A stretch of DNA of 64,000 nt, from assembly GCF_009914755.1 (NCBI RefSeq), contig NC_060947.1. One strand, 5' to 3'. Shown one piece after another: positions 57,031 through 64,000 of the stretch (position 1 is its first letter; each line of letters starts with the position of its first letter). A program made the position numbers and the translations under genes. Source of the stretch: the human T2T-CHM13v2.0 reference genome, Homo sapiens. The notes beneath the pieces were generated by a model. That model was not told the DNA's origin. It searched no databases and saw only the letters and a program-made list of their open reading frames with translations.

Positions 57031-58214
57031 TCTTGCTTTTTATCCAGCCTTATAGACTCTGACTCTGTTTTTTGAGACAGGATGTCTTTCTGTCTGTGAA
57101 CGTGAATTCCGCTGGTGTCTGAGACTTGCCAGGATTCCAGCTCTCTCAAATGCCTGTGTTCGAACTTTATGAATTTGCTACATTTTCACTGGTTTTCTTC
57201 TTACCCCCTGTTATGGCTGTCACTTCTTCCACACATGCTCTGCCACAGGTGATGCAGTTTGTTTGTCTCATCCCTCCTCAGAGGGACTAAGTCACCATTT
57301 TGGATCAGTTCCCATGGCTGCCTTGTTACCTCAGGTCTCTCATGATCTAAAAACAAAGCAAAACAAAAGATAACGTTATAGATTATTAGGCTGTTTTTCA
57401 TTTTCAAGGCTAAAGTGACTTTCTCTTGAGGCTTTCTAAATCTTACCTGGTGGTAGAACTCTCCTTTGTTAATCTTTTGACTACTGGTACAAAAATACAG
57501 CATTCAAATATGTGAAGTAAAAGATAATCCAGGGGCTAGCTGACTATGGCTTGAGATCTAAATACAGCCCATGGCTTGTTTTGCATAGCCATTGAGATAA
57601 GGATTTTTTTCCATTTAAAAGTATTATTGCTAAAAAACACAACACTACGCCACAGAAACTACATGACCCACAAAGACTGAAATAATTACGATCAGATCTG
57701 TTAAAGCAAAATTTGGTGATGCCGTATTAATCAAATACCTGTTATTCTGCTTTGCATTATTGCATACATCTTTTCATCCATTAATTAATTTATTTACACA
57801 CGGATTGAAAATATGGATGTTACTCTATCCCCTCAAGAAAGCGTCCAGCTTTATGATACCATGATTTCAGTCTGGGAAACTTGTCCCAGGGATCAGGTCA
57901 ATACACAAACATACATTTGAGGTAGGAGACTGGCAGGACTTGTTTTCTGGTCATAACTGAGCCTAGAGCCTACAGTCAGAATCTATGGCTATTTCTGAAA
58001 CATATACTGTCTGAATGACCTACAGGTATATTCAGGGAAATCAGTTACCAGTCCAGAGATTTAAATGTGAAGTAACACAACCTAAAAAGAAAAGAGTAAA
58101 CAGGTGTGAATGTATTTATTCTACAGAAGAATTTATTCAATTACGTTTATTGGAAGCATGGCAGAAAACCCAGAACCAGAGAACAAAGTGATTAATAAAA
58201 GCATTTATAAAACT

Positions 58215-58480
58215 GGCCAAGGTGGGAGGATCACTTGAGCCCAGGAAATTGAGACCAGCATGGGCAACACAGTGAGACCACTATCTAAAAAATAAATAAA
58301 TAATAAATAAACCAATTACCCAGGTGTGGTGTCTGCACCTGTAGTAGCAGGGACTGGGGAGGCTACATCGGGAGGATTGTTTGAGCCCAGGAGATGGAGG
58401 CTTCAGTGAGGTATGGTCATGCCACTGCCCTCCAGCCTGAGCAACAGAGTGACACTCTGTCTGGAAAAAAAAATAAATAA
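58215..58480 (+). mobile_element. AluJ in the XAGE upstream region (paralogous copies at 20755-21000 and 40570-40800)
   Basis: Same 5'-clipped Alu with GGTCATGCCACTGCCCTCCA and identical flanks in three places. Confidence 0.8.
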
Positions 58481-59027
58481 AAACGGCTTTATAAATAAAG
58501 ATATGAAAATAATTTATTTCTTCCACAAAAGGTCTTCCTGAGACACATCCTCCAGTAAGGGACTGTCTGTTCCCAACGTTTCTGAATGCATGAGATTGGA
58601 CAAAGAGAGACGAAAGCTCTCAAGTCCCTTTTTCTACTACAAACGCCATGGGGATGCGGGTCTGGGAACAGCGGAAAACCCTACCCTGCCCTGAAAAGTC
58701 CCTGGCTCAATGTGCATGTCCCTTTCTATGAAAGTTCCTTGCTGCCTATGCGCCTTGCTCTCTAACTTCTGTCCCTCCACAACTGTGAAAGGAGACGTCG
58801 TGACTTCCTTCTTTCGTGCTGACTATGACTTAGCCAGTAGGTCTGCAGATCAGTCCTCCCAGAAAGTGAAGTGTGAGTGAGTGTGAGGGGGAGCGTGGGG
58901 GGCTTCCTGTGGGTTGTGCCACTTGGTCCATGGCCTCTGAGGTCGTCATCTTTCTACTAAAACTCAGCGATACTGCCATGGCCTTGCTGTTGTGGGGTCC
59001 CGGGCATGGGACGAAGGAGGGCCATAG

Positions 59028-59351
<324 letters not shown>

Positions 59352-59535
59352 CATGGAGTGAGTTTTGAAGGCTGACTTTATTTGAGGTATTTGAGTCCTG
59401 GTGGGGGGGAACCCACACACAGAGAGGAGGGATTCCAAAGTCGTTAATGGGGACCTGGGAAGGAGCATAGGACAGGGCAAGGCGGGATAAGGAGGGGCAC
59501 CACAGCCCTTAAGGCACGAGGGAACCTCACTGCGC

Positions 59536-59684
59536 ATGCTCCTTTGGTGCCCACCTCAGTGCGCATGTTCACTGGGCGTCTTCCCATCGGCCCCTTCGCC
59601 AGTGTGGGGAACGCGGCGGAGCTGTGAGCCGGCGACTCGGGTCCCTGAGGTCTGGATTCTTTCTCCGCTACTGAGACACGGCGG
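59536..59684 (+). CDS. XAGE1A: Upstream in-frame ATG segment of the long XAGE1a-type isoform (MLLWCPPQCACSLGVFPSAPSPVWGTRRSCEPATRVPEVWILSPLLRHG)
   Basis: ATG at 59536 is open to the exon 1 donor and splices in frame to exon 2 (GG|A CAC ACA CAA ... CCA GTA ATG). Translation is not shown by the sequence. Confidence 0.55.
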
Positions 59685-59813
59685 GTAGGTCCACAGGCAG
59701 ATCCAACTGGGAGTTGAAGTGTGAGTGAGAGTGAAGAGGAACCAGCAGGCTTCCGGAGGGTTGTGTGGTCAGTGACTCAGAGTGAGAAGGCCCTCGAAGT
59801 CGTCGTCCCTCTC

Positions 59814-60004
59814 ATGCGGTGCCACGCCCATGGACCTTCTTGTCTCGTCACGGCCATAACTAGGGAGGAAGGAGGGCCGAGGAGTGGAGGGGCTCAGGCG
59901 AAGCTGGGGTGCTGTTGGGGGTATCCGAGTCCCAGAAGCACCTGGAACCCCGACAGAAGATTCTGGACTCCCCAGACGGGACCAGGAGAGGGACGGCATG
60001 AGCG
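59814..60004 (+). CDS. XAGE1A: Alternative first-exon coding segment (XAGE1c-type, MRCHAHGPS...GEGRHER)
   Basis: ATG at 59814 and donor GAGCG|GTATGG at 60004/60005, in frame with the exon 2 acceptor at 61091. Confidence 0.45.
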
Positions 60005-60552
60005 GTATGGAAGGGTCCTGGAGACGGGGCATGCTGCGGGCTAGTGACCGCAGCCCCGAGGTCTGTAGAGTGCCTGGCATAGGGGTCCTGTGAGGAGTGC
60101 CCACTGCTGTGTAGCAAATTCTCAACTCCACTGTGGAGATTCCAATGGGCGGGGCCCTGAGTTCCTAAAAATGTGACTTTGGGGTGGGGGGGAAGTGGGC
60201 CTAGCAAATCATTATGTGACAAAATTGGTGGTCACTGCAGTTTCAGTTCTGTAGCTGTAATTTCCTACTTGTCTCCCTGATGGAGTGTCCAGTTGTGAAA
60301 CCAACCTCATGGGAAATGCCCTGTGTTTTTTGCCAGGAGCCTTAAGACATCGCTCAGCTAGCTAGACCTACTTAAGTGGCTTTGCAAGCATTCGATTCAA
60401 AAGGTGCATACACTTATACTTGCCCGGGGACTTTCAGAGTATTTCTAAATTAAAAAAAAAAAAAATGTCCAAGTTAACATTTGACCATGAAAGCGGTCAA
60501 ATCTAGTTGTCCTGTCAAGTGCATTTTCCCAATCGCAGTATTCTGCTTGCAG

Positions 60553-60638
60553 AGTGAAGTATGTGTTGATGAGGACGATCAACATATAGGCCTATGCCAA
60601 GAAGTTCACAACCTCCTGAGCTCATTGTGCCTCTGCTT
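60553..60638 (+). pseudogene. Degenerate ancestral XAGE/GAGE first coding exon within XAGE1 intron 1
   Basis: TTGCAG|AGTGAAGT ATG TGT TGA TGA GGA CGA TCA ACA TAT AGG...CTG CTT|GTGAAT reads MC**GRSTYRPMPRSSQPPELIVPLL, homologous to the family N-terminus MSWRGRSTYRP and to exon 14811-14890. Confidence 0.85.
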
Positions 60639-61136
60639 GTGAATGTCTTAACATTCGATGTTTTCTCTTAGCAGAAAGTTATTTTTCTGATAGTGTTGAT
60701 GGACTAGTATGGATACACTGATAATGGTCTCCCATGCTGATAAAAAATGATCATGGCATCCCATGAAGGAAAGATTAGTCCAGAGGGTTATATTTGGGTT
60801 TTGTGTGGGTGGATGATCGTGTGTGCCCAGATTTTGTCCATAACTTCCTCCTCATGCTTATTCAGAACAGATTACACACATTCATCCCAACATTGATTAA
60901 AACGGCTTCCAAAGTCCCTGAGGATATCTGTCTTTGAGTAACCTCTCTGAGGGAAGAATAGTGTTATGAAGATTAGGTATACGGGGTAGTGTTGGAGAAA
61001 TGTCTCTAGACATACTTATAATAAGACATACCTGTGTATTCTGTATATTTATATTATTGACATGTATTAATAACAAAACTTTTTATCTAGACACACACAA
61101 ACACAGAACCACACAGCCAGTCCCAGGAGCCCAGTA

Positions 61137-61232
61137 ATGGAGAGCCCCAAAAAGAAGAACCAGCAGCTGAAAGTCGGGATCCTACACCTGGGCAGCAGAC
61201 AGAAGAAGATCAGGATACAGCTGAGATCCCAG
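61137..61232 (+). CDS. XAGE1A: XAGE1 first coding segment (exon 2), MESPKKKNQQLKVGILHLGSRQKKIRIQLRSQ
   Basis: ATG at 61137, 32 codons to donor AG|GTGCTG at 61232/61233; recognised XAGE1b N-terminus. Confidence 0.95.
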
Positions 61233-61857
61233 GTGCTGGGAAGGGAAAGTATGTCTATGGGGCGGGAGAAGGTCTATGTGTGCATTGTGGCCTATGCCAT
61301 GAGCAGTAACAGGAGCAAAGAGAACATTAGGAAAAGATACCAAACATTTGCTCAAAGTTGGCTGGAAAAGGGAGAGTATAGTTTGCAGCTTCATGCTGTC
61401 CCTGGATATAATGAATCTTCTCTTGTTCTTCGAGATGGATTTTGTATGCTTGAAAATACAGTCCTTACTAAATCACTTGAAACCATTTAATTTGGTGTAT
61501 AGAAATGTACATTTTTTTATTATGTGGCAGAGGCTCATCTGTCACGCAGTGTGGATTGTTGTGGCATGATCTTGGCTCACTGCCACCTCCAGCTCTTGGG
61601 TTCAAGCGACCTCGGCCTCCCAAAGTGCTGAGATTACAGGCATGAACCACTACGCCTGGCTCAGGCTTTATTTCGTAACGCGAAGGAAGAGAATATTATC
61701 ATTTCCTTATTTATATTTCATGTTGGAATGCTTAAATCGATAACCTTTGTATTTTGAAGTGCGCGACATGGAAGGTGATCTGCAAGAGCTGCATCAGTCA
61801 AACACCGGGGATAAATCTGGATTTGGGTTCCGGCGTCAAGGTGAAGATAATACCTAA
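61137..61857 (+). CDS. XAGE1A: XAGE1d-type isoform (69 aa): exon 2 extended 16 nt to 61248, spliced to 61760, stop TAA 61855-57
   Basis: Alternative donor GGGAAA|GTATGT at 61249 gives ...RSQVLGREMRDMEGDLQELHQSNTGDKSGFGFRRQGEDNT*, matching my recollection of XAGE-1d. Confidence 0.8.
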
Positions 61858-61886
61858 AGAGGAACACTGTAAAATGCCAGAAGCAG
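61760..61886 (+). CDS. XAGE1A: XAGE1 exon 3, CATWKVICKSCISQTPGINLDLGSGVKVKIIPKEEHCKMPEA(G)
   Basis: AG acceptor 61758-59 and GT donor 61887; in frame with exon 2. The remaining C-terminal residues lie in the exon beyond the window. Confidence 0.95.
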
Positions 61887-64000
61887 GTATGTTATCCAGC
61901 AAGATGCAAAGTTATGTGCTTTCTCATTTACACAGTATTATACTTTTGATAATAGAGGGATAACATTAGTGCTACTTTAAAAACACAGTGCAAATGCAAA
62001 TGTTCTTTGAAACGTCGTTCAGACCCAAATGCCAGATTGCAAGACTTAAACACTATCAGATACAGAAACAAATTGGGTCAAAGCCATATTGAATCATCAA
62101 ACGTGACAGCATTTTCTTAGTTTGGTGTATAACCAACAGCTAACAATTTTCAGATTCTTTTCTAATTTCTGCTTTTAACAAACACATAATGCATTTGTAA
62201 TACCAGTTTGTGTGAAGTATGCTGAGCCCTGAAGCAGATTCTAGTACCAGCTCTACCATAATTTGTGAGAGTCTGGATGAATCGTATAAATTCCACAGGC
62301 ATCCTTGCTCTTAGTGAAAAGAGTGGATGCACATCAGATAGATTAAAATCCATTTCGTTGCTAATTTCCACATGCTCTGGTTCTGTTGGATAGAAGACCA
62401 AGATATTCTGATCTTCATGATTTGTTTATCATAACAATCAGCTTCAGTCCAATTATAGTGTCTGAGTTGAGATTTCATGGTTCCTAGGAAAATGAGCGGG
62501 CACTCTGCTTGGTGTTTGTTTTCCTGTGTGGAGCCCTGTATGAGTGTTCTTGTATTTTGCCAAATTCTGAGTTCTCTGTCTCTTAAAGAATAATTGCATT
62601 TTAAAGCCTTCCCGCAGTGAAGCCTTGAATGACTGAATGATAAAATGGCAGGAGATCATCAGGTTTCTGTGGCCAGTGAAGTAGAGAGAATGCATGTAGG
62701 TCAGTGATGCCCAAGGTGGGTGTAAGATGCTTCTGCTAAGCATGCTCCCTGCCCTCCCGTCAGTCTTCATGAACTACTTCGTGTAATTAGATTGAAGACT
62801 CATATAGTAGAGTCACCTCTAACCATACCATAGGTTACATATTACAGGTTTCTGCCTTGAGGCATTAGATGATAGGGTTTGAAGTTCAACAACAGCACTG
62901 TGCTAGTTCCTGAGTAGTTGACACAAGTATGTTTTACACATATTTTCCAAATTGGTGACTGTTAATTACAATACCTCTTGAAGTTAAAGGAAGCACCCCA
63001 TGTTTAAGGGAGAAATTACCTAAGTGTTTTTACTGTACCCTGCTGAACCATTCCATTATACTATTTACATTAAAAGATAGTTCTCAGACGATTTCCAGGA
63101 GCCCACTGAACAAGCCTCAGTTGTATTCTTAGGGAGATCATAGCTTTAAATGCACGTCTTATTAAAATAAATAGCACGTTACATGTTAAAGGAAAAGAAT
63201 ACTATGAAATAACAATAAAAGAGCCAGAGAATAAACTTAAAGGAAAAAGAAAGTGGTAGTGAATAAAAGACAGGTACGAATCATTAGTATAAGGAAAAGT
63301 AGTTCAAATGTCATAAATTGAAAAGATTGGTGTTTTGAAAATTAGCTACGAATATTCAGTAATTTACACAATCTTGAAGAAACGGAAAAAGCACAACATG
63401 GAATATGAACAAGACAGAGTGATTTAATACAGGGCTTTATTGAAAGTGAATACAGTCTTGAACGCTAAGATTTTCAGAGCATGGATGAAATGGTTGGTAA
63501 GCTAGGAAGGCATGCATTATTTATTTCTGTAATACCTGATTAAGCATCACAAAGCCTGTGGAAGAAACTGTGAAATTTTCCAGTTGTCCCTCAGAAACAT
63601 TTACTTTTAGAAACAAATTTTGGCTTTTTCAGCTGTCCTACTCTTGTTTTCCATTCCCGTATCCCTCCATGTGTTCATGTGTGACACAGTTCATAATGCT
63701 ATCACATATTGATGACAAAACTGATAGTGATAGCTTAAGAGTAATGCGACCATATACTTAATTATACAAATGGGAATACTTTCAAGTGTAAAAAGAGGCA
63801 TGATTCATGTTGACATCACGGTAGGAGAAAACTGGGTACAAACGGTTGCTGTACCTTAAAAACCACAGAAGGGTAAACGAGCCCAAATAAATATTTTTGC
63901 CCTTCTGCGCAATAGAGTAAAAACAAATGCAATGCTGGCCTTTCTATTCACTTTACTTATTCAGTTCCTAAGGTGACAGTAACCGTTTTCTTCCAAGATA

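Larger units (their letters stand above)
59480..60070 (+). promoter_or_regulatory. CpG-rich XAGE1 promoter/first exon with two NRF1-like motifs (TGCGCATGC 59531-39; TGCGCATGT 59560-68)
   Basis: High CpG density relative to flanks; tandem CCTCA(C/G)TGCGCATG units. Methylation-controlled CpG promoters are typical of CT-X genes. Confidence 0.75.
59520..64000 (+). other. XAGE1A: XAGE1 gene locus (X antigen family member 1, cancer/testis antigen); exons 1-3 in window, last exon beyond 64000
   Basis: Exon 1 ends CGGCGG|GTAGGT (59684); exon 2 TTTTATCTAG|ACAC.. 61091-61232; exon 3 TTTTGAAG|TGCG.. 61760-61886|GTATGT. The spliced translation matches XAGE1. XAGE1A and XAGE1B copies are near-identical and cannot be told apart here. 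Confidence 0.92.

Noticed and set aside
61233-61490. 117-aa unspliced XAGE1 ORF
   Set aside because: Read-through past canonical donors into intron 2.

Overview
Primate (very likely human) X-chromosome sequence from the Xp11.22 XAGE cancer/testis cluster, identified by recognition. The only clearly intact gene is XAGE1 (+ strand): CpG-rich promoter and exon 1 near 59.5-59.7 kb, coding exons at 61091-61232 and 61760-61886, last exon beyond the window. The rest is repeat-rich and segmentally duplicated. It holds two truncated XAGE5/XAGE3-like pseudogenes in inverted orientation (10.1-14.9 kb minus, 21.6-26.5 kb plus), an orphan XAGE intron fragment (33.5-35.0 kb), direct duplications (15.7-21.3/35.0-41.1 kb and 30.3-33.5/41.6-44.1 kb), an RBM22 processed pseudogene, a solo LTR2B, and many Alu, L1 and MLT elements. 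Main observations: (1) alignment to the paralogs in this window shows how XAGE1 moved into a new reading frame (dead ancestral first coding exon, new acceptor, new ATG, compensating 1-nt insertion, new alternative donor); (2) a ~7.9-kb block (44341-52267) that splits an old L1 has AATAAA, a poly(A) remnant and degenerate TSDs, so it looks like a single retroposed chimeric RNA carrying the RBM22 retrocopy plus GC-rich exon/intron-like sequence of unknown origin; (3) an L1 fragment appears to replace ~9 kb in one duplicon. Most short ORFs in the track are repeat-derived. Repeat subfamily calls and boundaries are by eye.
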